Positions 25,020-37,529 are shown, counted from the first letter of the whole stretch. The stretch is DNA of 62,992 nucleotides, filler included, from Chiloscyllium plagiosum (GCF_004010195.1; 3 parts of one record of this genome joined end to end with filler, not necessarily neighbours in it); one strand, 5' to 3'. Numbers and translations: made by a program. The notes: generated by a model from the sequence alone, not told the origin.

Positions 25020-25640
25020 GCAGTGCAGAGTTCCAAGCAGAACAGCTTTGAGGCAACAGAAGAAGACATTAAATTCAGAACTGTTCTGAAGAAGGGTCAC
25101 TGGAACATAGAACATAGAAAAGTGTGGAAAATAGAACCTTTGGCCCACGATGTTATGCCAAGGACTAATCCTAATGTAAAATAAAATAATTTAACCTACA
25201 CACCCCTCAACTCACTGCTATCCATGTGCATGTCCAGCAGTCACTTAAATGTCCCTAATGACTCCACCACCATCGCTGGCATTCCAAGCATTCACAACTC
25301 TCTGCATAAAGAACCTACCTCTGATGTCTCCTTTATACCTTTCTCCTAATATCTTAAAACTATGATCCCTCATGCCAGTCAAACCTGCCCTGGGGAAAAG
25401 TCTCTGGCTATTGACTCTATCCATGCCTCTCATTATCTTGTATACTTCGGTCAGGTTGCCTCTCTTCCTCCTCTCCAGAGAGAAAAGTCCGAGCTTAGTC
25501 AATCTTTCTTCATAAGGCAAGCTCTCTAGTCCAGGCAGCATCCTGGTTAAGATGGACCTGAAATGCTCACTCTGCCTTCTCTCCAGAGATGCTGTCAGAC
25601 CTGCAGAGCTTTTTTTCCAGCAATTTCAGTTTCTGTAGCA
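25020..25640. mobile_element. Family D Penelope-derived palindrome split by a CR1 3' fragment (25103-25548, minus)
   Basis: CTGAAGAagggtcactgga is followed by the CR1 insert and then tggacctGAAAtg. The CR1 ORF 25245-25541 reads MLPGLESLPYEERL. Confidence 0.7.
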
Positions 25641-26034
25641 GTTTCAGACTTTGAGTTTGGAGTTTATACTCTACACCCATGGGAGTGCACTATTTACCTA
25701 AATCTGGACTTAGGGACATGTTGGCATTCCAGTCACTCAATCAACTACAACTGTAAAGCATACAACAAATAATAGTAGAAAACATATCACTGAATGTCCA
25801 ATTCAATACCATTATCAGGTGATTAATTGGCAGGATGATTTATAACATCCATAATTTCCACCCTTTCAAATTACATTAGTGCGTGTTTGGCTAATCAGTC
25901 TCCAAAGAGCTATGGATCTGCTGAGCTACTGCCTCAAGGAGTGTCAGGTCACAACATACGTACATTTCTCATCAAGCATCATCTTGCAACTACTTTAACC
26001 TTGCACTGAGCGTGTCAAATTCCTTTCTCCCAAT

Positions 26035-26463
26035 TAGAGTCATAGTGTCATAAAGATGTACAGCACGGAAACAGACCCTTTGGTCCAACTTGTCCATGCT
26101 GACCAGATATCCCAACCCAATCTAGTCCCACCTGCCAGCACCCGGCCCATATCCCTCCAAACCCTTCCTATTCATATACCCATCCAGATCCTTTTAAATG
26201 TTGTTATTGTACCAGCCTCCACCACTTCCTCTGGCAGCGGATTCCATACACATGCCACCCTCTGCGTGAAAGAGTTGCCCCTTAGGTCTCTTTTATATCT
26301 TTACCCTCTCACCCTAAACCTATGCCCTCTAGTTCTGGACTTCCCCCACCCCAGGGAAAAGACTTTGTCTATTTACCCTATCCATGCCCCTCATGGTTTT
26401 ATAAACCTTTATAAGGTCACCCCTCAGCCTCCATCGCTGCAGGAAAAACAGACCCCAGCCTAT
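26035..26463 (-). mobile_element. CR1 3' fragment
   Basis: Same 3' end as 14578-15010. Confidence 0.9.
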
Positions 26464-27002
26464 TAACTAACAGAAGTTTGCATTTGGGGAGATGATGTCA
26501 TAGTGGCATTGTCACAGTACTAATAATCCAAAGATCTGGATAATGATTGGGAACCAGGGTTCAGAACCTACCAGGGTATACATTAGAATTTGAATTCAGT
26601 TAGAAAATAAAATCTGAAATTCTAACGATAACCAGTGTCATACTTGGTTCCCTAAGGTCCTTTAGGGAAGGAGATCTACCATCCTTATTGTGTCAACATG
26701 TGACTGCAGACTCCCAGCAATGTGAATGACTCTTACCTGCCCTCTAAATAGGCTAACAGTTGTATCAGAACCACTAAGAAATCTCAAAAGACTGAAACCA
26801 AATAAATCACTGGCATTGACCTAGGCACTGAAAGCACAACAGTAATAGCAGACCTCTCCACCTTACAATATCTTCCTCACCAACATCTAGGGGTAAGCAC
26901 CAAAAATGGAGAGCTGTCTTACAGACTAATCAAGCAACAGCCTAACATTGCCATATTCACGGCACCTTACAGACAATGCCCCAGACATCACCATCATGAG
27001 AT

Positions 27003-27320
27003 GGCATGGTGGCTTAGTGGTTAGAACTGCTGCCTCACACCTGAGTTCAATTCCACCCATGGGCAATTGACTCTGTGGAGTTTGCACATTCTCTCAGTGT
27101 CTGTGTGGGCTTCCTGCGAGTGCTCCAGTTTCCTCCCATGGTCCAAAGATGTACAGGTTAGTTGAATTGGCCATGGGAAATTGCCCATAGTGTCCAGGGA
27201 TATGCAGGCTAGGTAAGTTAGCCATGGGAAATGTGGGGATAGGGTAGGCGGTTGGGTCTGGGTGGGATGCTCTTCAGAGAATCAGTGTGGACTCTTTCTA
27301 CACTATTGGATTCTATGATC
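27003..27320 (+). mobile_element. V-SINE (HE1-like)
   Basis: A box tggcttagtgg, B box gagttcaattcc, V-domain-like tgtggagtttgcacattctc...tttcctccca..gtccaaagatgt, and a CR1-like attctatg tail. Confidence 0.8.
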
Positions 27321-27581
27321 TCCATAAGTGGTAACACAATGGTATACAATCAGGAGGGAGTTAGCTTAGAGCCTTGAACATTGACTCTGGACCCTGTGGA
27401 AGTCTCATGGTATCAAGTCAAACATGGACAAAGAAACCCCCAGCTGATTACCATCCACCACTACCTTCTTACCTTCAGTGAATCAATAGTCCTCCCAATG
27501 GAGATGAAACAAGCAAGAGGGAGAAACCTACTTGACTTCATCATTAATTGGCCTGCTGCAGATGCATCTGACCATACGACC

Positions 27582-28090
27582 ATGAGGCATAGGAACATTA
27601 ATTAGGCCATTCAGCCCATTGAGTCTGCTCTGCCATTCAATCATGGCTGATAAGTTTCTCAACCCCATTCTCCTGCTTTCTCCCTATAACCCTTGATCCC
27701 CTTGATACTCAAGAACCTATCAATCTCAATCTTCAATATATTCAATAAGCTGGCCTCCACAGACTTCTGTGACAATGAATTCCATAGATACACCACTCTC
27801 TCGCTTTCTCCTTATCTCCGTTCTAAAAGGTAAAAACAAGGACTGCAGATGCTGGAAACCAGAGTCTAGATTAGACTGGTGCTGGAAAAGCACAGTAGGT
27901 CAGGCAGCATCTGAGGAGCAGTAAAATCGACATTTCGGGCAAAAGCCCTTCATCAGGTATTCCTGATGAAGGGCTTTTGCCCGAAACGTTGATTTTACTG
28001 CTCCTCGGACACTGCCTGAACTGCTGTGCTTTTCCAGCACCACTCTAACCTAGACTCCATTCTAAAAGGTCTTCCCTTTTCTCTAAGGCC
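27582..28090 (-). mobile_element. CR1 3' fragment hosting a Penelope palindrome
   Basis: The 3' UTR reads aggccattcagcccattgagtctgctc, with the reverse complement of the ORF2 end. Confidence 0.8.
27829..28057. mobile_element. Palindromic Penelope-derived mini-element (family A) with two back-to-back hammerhead cores
   Basis: The centre reads ...cccttcatcagg-tatt-cctgatgaaggg..., with the tail on the left. The TSD is ctccgttctaaaaggt (27816-27831) / ctccattctaaaaggt (28055-28070). Confidence 0.9.
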
Positions 28091-28899
28091 GTGATGATAT
28101 CAGTGAAGTAACCGCTGCATAATCCTTCAGGAGGAAAAATCAGATCTTTAATTGGTGGTTAAAGTCTATCATGTTGCTTGGCACTACCGCTGTACTAAAT
28201 GGGGTAGCTTTCAAACAAATCTAGCAACGCAAGTCTAAGCAATAGCGAGATGCTGTGGCAGCAGCAGCAGAATGGTACTGAACTGCAATCTATAATATCA
28301 TGCCTGGCACTGTATCACTACCATCAAGCCAGGGGATTAACCCTGGTTCAATGGAGAGTGCAGGAGGGCATGCCAGGAGCAGCACCAGGCGTACCTAAAA
28401 ATGTCACCCTGGTGTCACAATAAAGGACTACTTGCAAGCCGAACAATGGAAGCAGTATGCAATAGACAGGGCTGTGTGATCACACAACAAACCAATCCAT
28501 TCTAAGCTCTGGAGTCATGCCAGATCAAGTTGTGGTGGACAATTTGTTAAAAAAAACCCACATCATTTCATCTTCTGTATTTTTGACTGTGAACCAAAAT
28601 GGCAAAAAAAAAGTTTTACAACAAAGAACGGATGAAGGAATTGCTGGCACTTAAAACAGGTTACTGAGACTCATTGTCAGCCAGTTTTACACTGTTACTT
28701 TATAAGTAGTGAAGAAAGGTATACGAGACAATAGCCTGGCACTGTGGCTTGTACAGAAAGTAAGCCTCATCCAGTGACAGGTTAGTGATTGCTTTGAGGA
28801 ATTATGAATGGATGAGGATGCCCAAGATCATCAGCTTGATGACAAATCTCAGTTTGGTCCTGGGTAACTGAATAGTTTGGGGATCTAACTGATAATGAA

Positions 28900-29065
28900 A
28901 ATCCTACAATCCCCTGGAAGACGAAGTGGCCTAACCCTAACCCGCACATCTTTGAACTGTGGGAGAAACTCAGAGCACCTGGAGAAAACCAATGCAGACA
29001 CGGGGAATCAGACAGTGACCTGAGGCTGTGCACAGGAGTGCTAACCACTGACCTCCCATGCCGCA
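28900..29065 (-). mobile_element. V-SINE, deleted copy
   Basis: Reads gcacatctttgaactgtgggagaaact...gtgctaaccactga. Confidence 0.7.
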
Positions 29066-29099
29066 CTATGGTTTCCTACCAAAGCAGATAACCTAAACT

Positions 29100-30130
29100 T
29101 TTCTACATCATATTCTATGTTCTTTGCCATTCACTAAGAATTCTCCTTATTACTGATATAAAACTAGTGGGTCTGTAGCTCCTGATTTTCTGTCTTGCTC
29201 CCCTCTTCAATCATGGGAGGATATTGCTAGCTTCCAGTCTGCAGAAAACATTCCAGAATCTATGAAGTTTTTGAAGATAATCATTTGTGCTTTAATTAGC
29301 TCTATAGCTACTTCCTTCAATATTCTCGGATGTAGACTATCAGCTGCTGGGATAGTATCAACTGTTAGTACCATTAATTTCTCCAGTAGAATCTTCTTAC
29401 CAATACTGATATTTTTTAACATTTCATTCTCCTTAGCCACCTGGATCTCTAATTCTGGTAGAGTCCTTGTATATTTCTCACTGAAAACAGACACAAAGTA
29501 ACCAATTAACTTATTGCCCATTATAAATTTTCTTGACTCTATCTTTAATGGATCGAGATCTGTTTTAGCCAATTGTTTCATTCAGCTTTTACAGACCTTA
29601 TGTTGGTTGTTAGACTGCATTCATTCTATTTTCCTTTTCATTATCAGTTTATGGTGCTTCTCTGCTCTATTCTAAACATCTCCAAAATCTCAGACTTACT
29701 GTTATTTCCAGTTATTTTACAGCTCTTTATCTTTAATTTTATACAGTCTTTTTTTTTGTTAGCCGTAGTTGAATGATCTTTGAGTTTTTAAATTTGAAGG
29801 AATGTATAATTGTTGTAAGTTGGATAATAGTTATTTAAAAGACCAGCCAGAGTCTGTGGATTGATGCATTTTAATATATTTTCCCAGTCCACCACAGTCA
29901 ATTGGTGCCTTTAGCCTTCATAATTTTTCTTATCCAAATCTAACACCTTGCTTCTGTCTGAACTACCTCATTTAACATTATGTAAAACAATGTAACATAA
30001 TGTAAAATTCTATCATATTGTTAATTCCAGATCTAAAACAGCACATGCTCCACTTGACTCTTCAACATTTTACTTGAGAAAACCATCTCTAATACAGGCC
30101 AGACAATGTTTTTCCAATACTTCAGTGTTC
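29100..30130 (-). mobile_element. Old CR1 linker fragment
   Basis: Reads YFVSVFSE...DSLHPRILKEVAIEL...IFKNFIDSGMFSADWK. Confidence 0.75.
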
Positions 30131-30397
30131 ATACTCTGCTTCCCCTCAGCATGAGGGTATTTACCCTCATGTTCTAATTCATAATCTCTTTGTATAACTC
30201 CACATCTCAGTTCCCACTTCTAAAATTGTGAGGTGATTCTTCCCACTCCCTAACCCTAATCCTAGGGATTAATCAATAGGTCGAATCTTTACTGGAAGCA
30301 AAAAATGCTGGAGATCACAGTGGGTCAGGCAGCATTCAAGTTAGATCACTCTTCATCGGAGCTGTAGTGAAGTGCGAAATGGACAGCATTTGCAATA

Positions 30398-30553
30398 CAG
30401 AGGAAGATTCTTCGGCATTCAATTATCCAAAATTCAGATTATCCAGACAAGATCACAAGGTTCCGATGCTTGGCTAAACTGTGTTATCTGGCATTCCATT
30501 ATCCGAACAAAATACTCCTCACCCATGTCGTTTGGATAATCAAGGTTCCTCTG
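30398..30553. mobile_element. MITE, inverted sibling of 13549-13736
   Basis: Ends are TA-CAGAGGAA...GGTTCCTCTG. The interior is the reverse complement of the first copy (attatccagacaagatca). Confidence 0.75.
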
Positions 30554-31297
30554 TTGCGGGAAGGCTCGAGTGCTGGGGCGAAAGGATGTTAATCATTCAG
30601 ATTAAGTGATTGGAATGTGAAAATGGTGTATCTAACTGCCAGACTGGGAAGGACAGTCCCTCTGGGGTGGATTATATCAAGGAAAACCCTGTGGTGACAT
30701 CGCTTCAATATTCTAGGGAGGTGGGATAGAAATCTATTCCCACTACAGAGCAGCCTCAAAGTACAAGGTCCTTCACTGCATTCTCTCAATTGAAGAACAA
30801 GAGGGAGCTAAACTAGATAGTGGGCCAACTCACACTGAGGAAGGAATATCAGAATTGGAATTTGTGAATGAGGGATTTGCTTACTGTATATCTATTTAAG
30901 CAGTTGATGTGGTGCATATTGATTTCAGTACGGCGTTTGATAAGGTTCCCCACGGTAAGCTATTGCACAAAATACAGAGGTATGGGATTAAGGGTGATTT
31001 AGCGATTTAGATCAGAAATTGGCCAGCTGAAAGAAGACAGAGGGTGGTGGTTGATGGGAAATATTCATCCTGGAGTTCAGTAACTAGTGGGGTACCGCAA
31101 GGATCTACAGTAGTGCCTCGACTTACGAACTTAATCAGTTCCTGGACCCGGTTCACGAACTGAATCAATTTTCCTATTGTTTGGATATTTCCGGAGTCTT
31201 TTCTCTTTTTTGTCTCTTGGAGGTTGGTGATGCCACAAGAAAACGATCCAGAGAAACTTGTTTTTTTCTTTGTTGCAGAATTTTCCGAAAATGGGAC

Positions 31298-31397
31298 NNN
31301 NNNNNNNNNNNNNNNNNNNNNNNNNNNNNNNNNNNNNNNNNTTAATTAATTAANNNNNNNNNNNNNNNNNNNNNNNNNNNNNNNNNNNNNNNNNNNN
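31298..31397. other. Artificial assembly linker: N44-TTAATTAATTAA-N44
   Basis: Exactly 100 bp, with an identical structure at 56917-57016. The 12-mer gives stops in all six frames. Confidence 0.95.
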
Positions 31398-31744
31398 CCT
31401 GGAACCTGCACCAGCCAATCCTGTCCCTGTTCTAGCCATGTCTCCGTTATAGCCACAACATCGAAGTCCCAGGTACCAACCCACGCTGCAAGTTCATCTA
31501 CCTTATTTTGTATACTTCTTGCATTGAAGTATACACACTTCAAGCCACTTTCCTGTTTACAGGCACCCTCCTTGGAGATTGATGCCATGTTCCTAACCTC
31601 CCTACACTCCAGGTCCTGCACCCTAAAGCTACAGTCTGGGTTCCCATGCCCCTGCAGAGTTAGTTTAAATCCCCCCCAAGAGCACTAGCAAACCTCCCAC
31701 CAAGGATACTGGTGCCCCTCTGGTTCAGGTGCAGACCATCCAGG
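31398..31744 (-). mobile_element. CR1 ORF1/ORF2 junction inserted in the Tigger and running into a gap
   Basis: Reads DGLHLNQRGTSILGG, then YFNARSIQNKVDELAAWVGTWDFDVVAITETWL. Confidence 0.9.
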
Positions 31745-33930
31745 AGCATTCTTCCTCCTCTCCAGAATGCTCCTGCTGCATAACCTTCACTTGCTCCTGT
31801 TGCAATTCAACAAGATCTCCTGTGCTGAGTTCTTGTCTGTGGTCCTCCACCAGCTCCGCCACATCATCCTCATCGACCTCCAAGCCCATATTTTGGCCCA
31901 GGGTCACAATCTTGTTCACTACATTTAGTGATGTCTCCTCCTCAAAACCCTCGAAGTTTCTCTCAGGTACACAATCTGGCCAAAGTTTCCTCCAGGCCGA
32001 CTGCAACGTACGGAAAGAGACCTCATTCCATGCCTTATCAATAAGGCTTATGCAGTGGAGGATATTGAAGTGGTCCTTCCAGTACTGACCAAGGGTCAAA
32101 TCTGTGTCGTTGGTGACCTGTAAACACCTAGCGAACAGAGTCTTTGTATATAATTTTTTGAAATTTGCAATGACATTCTGGTCCATGGGTTGGATGAGAG
32201 GAGTGGTGTTGGGAGGAAGGAACTTTACTTTTATGAAGTCGTATTCAACGTCCAAGTCTTCTTCCAAATTTGGAGGATGGACAGGAGCATTGTCCATTAC
32301 TAGAAGACACTTAAGTGGCAAATTATTTGTTTCAAGATATTCCTTGACAGCTGGTGCAAAAACTTCCGTCAACCATTCCATAAAAATCATTCGCGTGACC
32401 CAAGCCTTGCTATTCGCCTTCCACATTACCGGGAGTTTAGCCTTCAACACATTATTGTGTTTAAAAACGCGAGGATTTTCAGAGTGGTAGACTAATAGAG
32501 GCTTAACCTTGCAATCCCCACTTGTATTCGTGCACAATAAAAGCGTTAACCTGTCCTTCATTGGTTTGTGGCCCGGTAGTGCCTTTTCCTCTTGGGTTAT
32601 GTAGGTCCTTTTGGGCATTATTTCCAGAAAAGTCCAGTTTCATCACAGTTAAAAACTTGATGTGAGACATAACCTTCATCTTCGACAAACTTATTGAATT
32701 CCTTCACAAAGTCCTCCGTTGCCTTTTTATCCGAACTAGCCGCTTCTCCATGCCTTATTACACTATGGATTCTAGCTCATCGGCGAAATTTATCAAACCA
32801 GCCTCTGCTGGCTTTAAATTCTTCAACTCGAGCAGTACTTGTACACGGCGGTGTCGCCAACAAATCACGGTTTATGTGTAGAGCTTTCTCGCAGATTATA
32901 GTCTCGTTAACACTATCTCCAGCAAGCTCTTTTTGATTTATCCAAACTAATAATAATTTTTCAACCTCGTCTAACAAGTTAGGCCTTTGCTTCATTAAAA
33001 TAGTCACTCCTTTAGCCACGTCAGCTGCCTTTAGTGCCTCTTTGTTCTTTAGGATAGTACAGATAGTCGATTTCGCCATGTCGTACTGCATAGTGAGATC
33101 AGATACACGAGCACCATTCTCGTGTTTAGCTATTATTTCCTTCTTAGTTTCTACAGTAATACTTTTAGGCTTCTTAACACCACTATCACTACCACTTTTC
33201 ACTTTCTTGGGAGCCATAACGAGGGCTAATCTAATGCAAAAAACAAAAAAATGCGTAAGAGTGCTTGGACGTTGGATGTTCACCGCGCACATGCCGAAGA
33301 CGAACTGAATGAGATCACACGGGGCCCGAGAGCTTTTGTGTTCAAAGCTTGCGTAGAAAAGCAGAATAATGACAATGAAACCACGGGCTTTTTGCGTTCG
33401 TACCTTGAGTTTCGTACATACGTTGAAGCAAAATTTTATTTACAATCCTGTTAGTAAACCGATCTGTTCGTGAATGGGGTCGTTCGTATGTCGAGGCGCT
33501 ATTGTACTTTGGATACACTGTTGTTTGTAATTTTTATAAATGAACTGGATGAGGCCATAGAAGGAGAGGTTAGTACATTTGCAGATGGCACTAAGATCAG
33601 TGAAGTTGTGGATAGTGCCGAAGGATGTTGCAGGTTTCAGCGGGACATAGATAAGCTGCAGGGCTGGGCTGAGAGGTGGCAAATGGAGTTTAATGCGGAA
33701 AAGGGTGAGGTGATTCACTTTGGAAGGAATAACAGGAATGCAGAAAACTGAGCTAATGGTAAGATTCTTGGTGGTGTAGTTGAGCAGAGATCTCAGTGTC
33801 CATGTATATAGATCCTTGAAAGTTGCCACCCAGGTTGACAGGGTTGTTAAGAAGGTATACAGTTTGTTTGCTTTTATTGGTAGACGGATTGAGTTTCAGA
33901 ACCGTGAGGTCATGCTGCAGCTATACAAAA

Positions 33931-34663
33931 AGGTAAAAACAATGACTCCAGATGCTGGAAACCAGATTCTGGATTAGTGGTGCTGGAAGAGCACAGCAGT
34001 TCAGGCAGCATCCAAGGAGCAGCGAAATCGACGTTTCGGGCAAAAGCCCTTCATCAGGAATAAAGGCAGTGAGTCTGAAGCGTGGAGAGATAAATGAGAG
34101 GAGGGTGGGGGTGGGGAGAANNNNNNNNNNNNNNNNNNNNNNNNNNNNNNNNNNNNNNNNNNNNNNNNNNNNNNNNNNNNNNNNNNNNNNNNNNNNNNNN
34201 NNNNNNNNNNNNNNNNNNNNNNNNNNNNNNNNNNNNNNNNNNNNNNNNNNNNNNNNNNNNNNNNNNNNNNNNNNNNNNNNNNNNNNNNNNNNNNNNNNNN
34301 NNNNNNNNNNNNNNNNNNNNNNNNNNNNNNNNNNNNNNNNNNNNNNNNNNNNNNNNNNNNNNNNNNNNNNNNNNNNNNNNNNNNNNNNNNNNNNNNNNNN
34401 NNNNNNNNNNNNNNNNNNNNNNNNNNNNNNNNNNNNNNNNNNNNNNNNNNNNNNNNNNNNNNATCACCTTCATCCCCTCCCCCACTCACCCACTGTAGTC
34501 TATGCTACTTTCTCCTCACCCTCACCCTCCTCTAGCTGATCTCTCCATGCTTCAGGCTCACTGCCTTTATTCCTGATGAAGGGCTTTTGCCCGAAACGTC
34601 GATTTCGCTGCTCCTTGGATGCTGCCGGAACTGCTGTGCTCTTTCAGCACCACTAATCCAGAA
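33931..34663. mobile_element. Palindromic Penelope-derived element (family A) with a gapped centre
   Basis: Inverted arms lie either side of the N run, each with an intact CTGATGAaGGGCttttGCCCGAAACGTC. The perfect TSD tgcagctatacaaaa is at 33916-33930 and 34664-34678. Confidence 0.9.
34569..34604 (+). ncRNA. Minimal hammerhead ribozyme motif (Penelope-associated)
   Basis: CUGAUGA at 34573-79, one extra A, stem II GGGC-UUUU-GCCC at 34581-92, GAAA at 34593-96, a palindromic ACGU, and a GUC cleavage triplet ending at 34600. Stem I is weak (AUUC/GAUU). Confidence 0.75.
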
Positions 34664-37529
34664 TGCAGCTATACAAAACTCTGGTGCTGCCCCACTTGGA
34701 GTATTGCGTACAGTTCTGCTTACTGCATTATAGGAAGGATGTGGAAGCTTTGGAAAGGGTTCAGAAGAGATTTACTAGGATGTTGCCTGGTATGGAGGGA
34801 TGGTCTTATGAGGAAAGGCTGAGGGACTTGAGGCTGTTTACATTCGAGAGAAGAAGATTTAATTGAGACATAAGATAATCAGAGGGTTAAATCCGGTGGA
34901 CAGTGAGAGCTGTTTCCTTGGATGGCAATGGCTAGCATGAGGGGATATAGCTTTAAACTGAGAGGTAATAGATGTAGGACAGATGTCAGAGTTAGTTTCT
35001 TTACTCAGAGAGTGGTAGGGGCACGGAATGCACTGCCTGCAACAGTCATAGACTCCCCAACTTTAAGGGCATTTAAATGGTCATTGGAAAAGCATATGAA
35101 CGAGAATGGAATAATGTAGGTTAGATGGGCTTCAGATTGGTTCCACAGGTTGACACAACATCGAGGGCTGAAGGACCTGTACTGCGCTGTAATGTTCTAT
35201 GTTCTATTCAACACCAGCAAAGGGAGAAGGTAGATGATACTATTATGCAAAACAAATCAGGACAAGTAATGAGTTATTGCAGATTTATTATTGTTTCCAC
35301 ACAATGTGTATGATCACACTAAATTGCAATTTTTGGGGAAAAATAAACAACTAGGTGTTAATTTTCTAATGAGACAGGAATTGGCATCTCCTCACTCTTT
35401 CGTAAGTCCCCCTTTAGGATTTTGAATCCATGGTCAATATTTGGCAATCATGGGTGGAAACTCAAGACTAAGTTATTTAAAAACAGTTAATAAGACAGAC
35501 AGAGAGTAAAACTCAAATGGCTGGTCAATTAACATAAAAAAGGGCTTGAGCATTTCAGGAATAATCAAGTGATGCGGTGGGTGGGGGGGAGGGGATCTCT
35601 GTCACGACAGCTGTGGCCCATGTGGTGAACATTTTCCATAACAATGGGATAGCCATTTTCAGATTTGGACTCAGCAAAGGAAAAGTCAAATGTAAGTTGA
35701 AGACTGGATGATGAGACACTGTGAGGGGGTCTTGGGTATGATCCCTTGCACCTTACTACCCTTGTTCTTCTAGGTGAAGGCTTTCATTGGTTTGAGAAGT
35801 GAAGTAGCCTTGGTGACTTGTTATAACGTATTCTATAGATAGTTAACAATGCAGCCAGGGTGAAAGGAAGATATTTTGATATCGGTACTGGTGAGGTATT
35901 GATCAGATAGCTTTGCGTGAGTGTTGTCACAGCTGCACCCAGAGTATTTCATCATACCTCTAAGTATGATTTAAGTAGAGGAGAGAATTTGAGGTGACAG
36001 GAAGGGAGCCACTCACTGTAGAATGTCCCGTCAGAAGTTGGCTAGAATAATGGCATTTATGTGCTTGATCAAATTAAGTTTCTGGACAATAGCAACCCCA
36101 AGATATTAAGAGTGGGGGATCTCAGCAATGGCAGATGGTAAAGCTCTCTCTTCTTGGAGATGCTCATTTGTTGGGCACTGGTTGGTGTTATTGTTACTTG
36201 TCACTTATCAACCCAAGTCTCGATGGTCTCTTCAAAAGCCAACATATGTTGTACCTTATCTAACAATCTTACAAATCTTTAATCAGCAGAATAGGTTTAG
36301 TGGAAGATCACATTGCAGTAGATCCCACTTATGTTGGTAAGGAAGTAGCGCTAAAACACTTCAGATTTTAAATGCCCTGTCCTGGCACTAACCATAGGAC
36401 AAAACCAATTCTCAAAAATATGAGCCAATGACTAACAAGCCAATCAGACATTCCCACATTTTAAAAAAATCAGTTAATAGTTGTTTCTGATCATAACCTC
36501 TAATCTGCAGTCAGCATATAAGTCGCAGCCCATTTGGATCTGTATTGCATTTCAAAGAGATAAGAGATCAGGAGATGAGGAGGAAATTGAGATGTGGAAG
36601 CTTTCAAAAAGGTCAGATTCTTTCTATAGATTTTTGGTCAAGACAAATTAATTTTAAACAAACATTTAAATAAATCCTGTGAATGAATTTAAAAAAACAC
36701 ACTTAAGGAAAGAAACTCTCCAAATATAAAACAACACCTGCCTCCCTGAGCTATCCTTTAACAGAAAGTCCCCATCGAGGAATATTAAATTACCAGCCAG
36801 GAGATACAATCTCATTAAGGTCGATGCTTAGAAATGCTGCATGATCTGGAAAGATCCAAGTACGAGGCAAATCAAGGAGAGAAATAGTCCACAATACATT
36901 CTGCTTTGGTTGCCTCTCTTGTCTTTCTATATCTAAATTGCTAAATTGTATAAAATGCATTGAAGTCTTTCTTGGCATTGACTGTCAGCCAAATTCTAGT
37001 TTTGAACTGTTTGCACCAAAATATCATGAGAAAAATACACACACGGGTCATTACTAGAAGCTAAACTAAATGACCATTGTAAAGAAATATAAAATTCTGT
37101 TTCTTTATTTAGTAATATACAAAAAGGACCATAAATTTTGTGAAAGGTCTGTCACAACACTAGGTGCAATAGGGTGAGTGGTGCTCCTGAAGTACTTTAA
37201 GCAATTTGTATATTTAATAAAGAATGTGAAAAAAGATCAGATTTCTTGTGCTGATCACTCACTCAGAGAGTAAATTCAATTATCAACGAGGTTATGTCCA
37301 GCACAGTGTTCAGAAGCTATAATTGTTAGAGAAAGACCAAGAAATGTTGGAAATGCGTGGTGTGTTAGATACACGAATGTGTTTTTCTTTTAATTGTGAA
37401 TTGAAAGCAATTGACAATTCATTTTTAGAAACAGTGTATAATTAGTTGTCTAACATCAGTGCAGATGTTACACATTGTATAACTTGGAGCAGAAAGAGGA
37501 GAATTCCTCTTCTATATAACAAATCAATT

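Larger units (their letters stand above)
26487..28545 (+). mobile_element. Old LINE with a Deu-SINE-like 5' end running into an AP-endonuclease ORF; hosts nested V-SINE, CR1 and Penelope insertions
   Basis: 26487-26745 aligns to the SINE at 10012-10290. It then reads GELSYRLIKQQPNIAIFT, RGRNLLDFI and TIKPGD*PWFNGECRRACQEQHQAYLKM. Confidence 0.65.
31174..33217 (-). pseudogene. Tigger-like transposase (CENP-B-type HTH plus DDE_1, DD36D), disrupted
   Basis: Reads MAPKKVK...KKEIIAKHENG...EFKASRGWFDKF, FNCDETGLF, LVMDNAPVH, IQPMDQ and a C-terminal KKQVSLDRFL. It has a stop at 32777, a frameshift near 32620, and a CR1 insertion plus gap at 31298-31744. Confidence 0.92.
31108..33504 (-). mobile_element. 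Tigger/pogo-family DNA transposon
   Basis: 23-bp TIRs: cagtagtgcctcgacttacgaac versus the reverse complement caatagcgcctcgacatacgaac. TA duplications lie at 31106-31107 and 33505-33506. Confidence 0.92.
30900..35207 (+). mobile_element. CR1 RT-to-3' fragment hosting Tigger and Penelope insertions
   Basis: Reads DFSTAFDKVPH; the GVPQGS motif is split by the Tigger; then FADG, LEYCVQF and a tail of gttctatgttctat. Confidence 0.9.

Noticed and set aside
27003..27060. tRNA-like A/B boxes (also near 10020, 40600 and 61470)
   Set aside because: These are SINE heads without a full cloverleaf, not tRNA genes.
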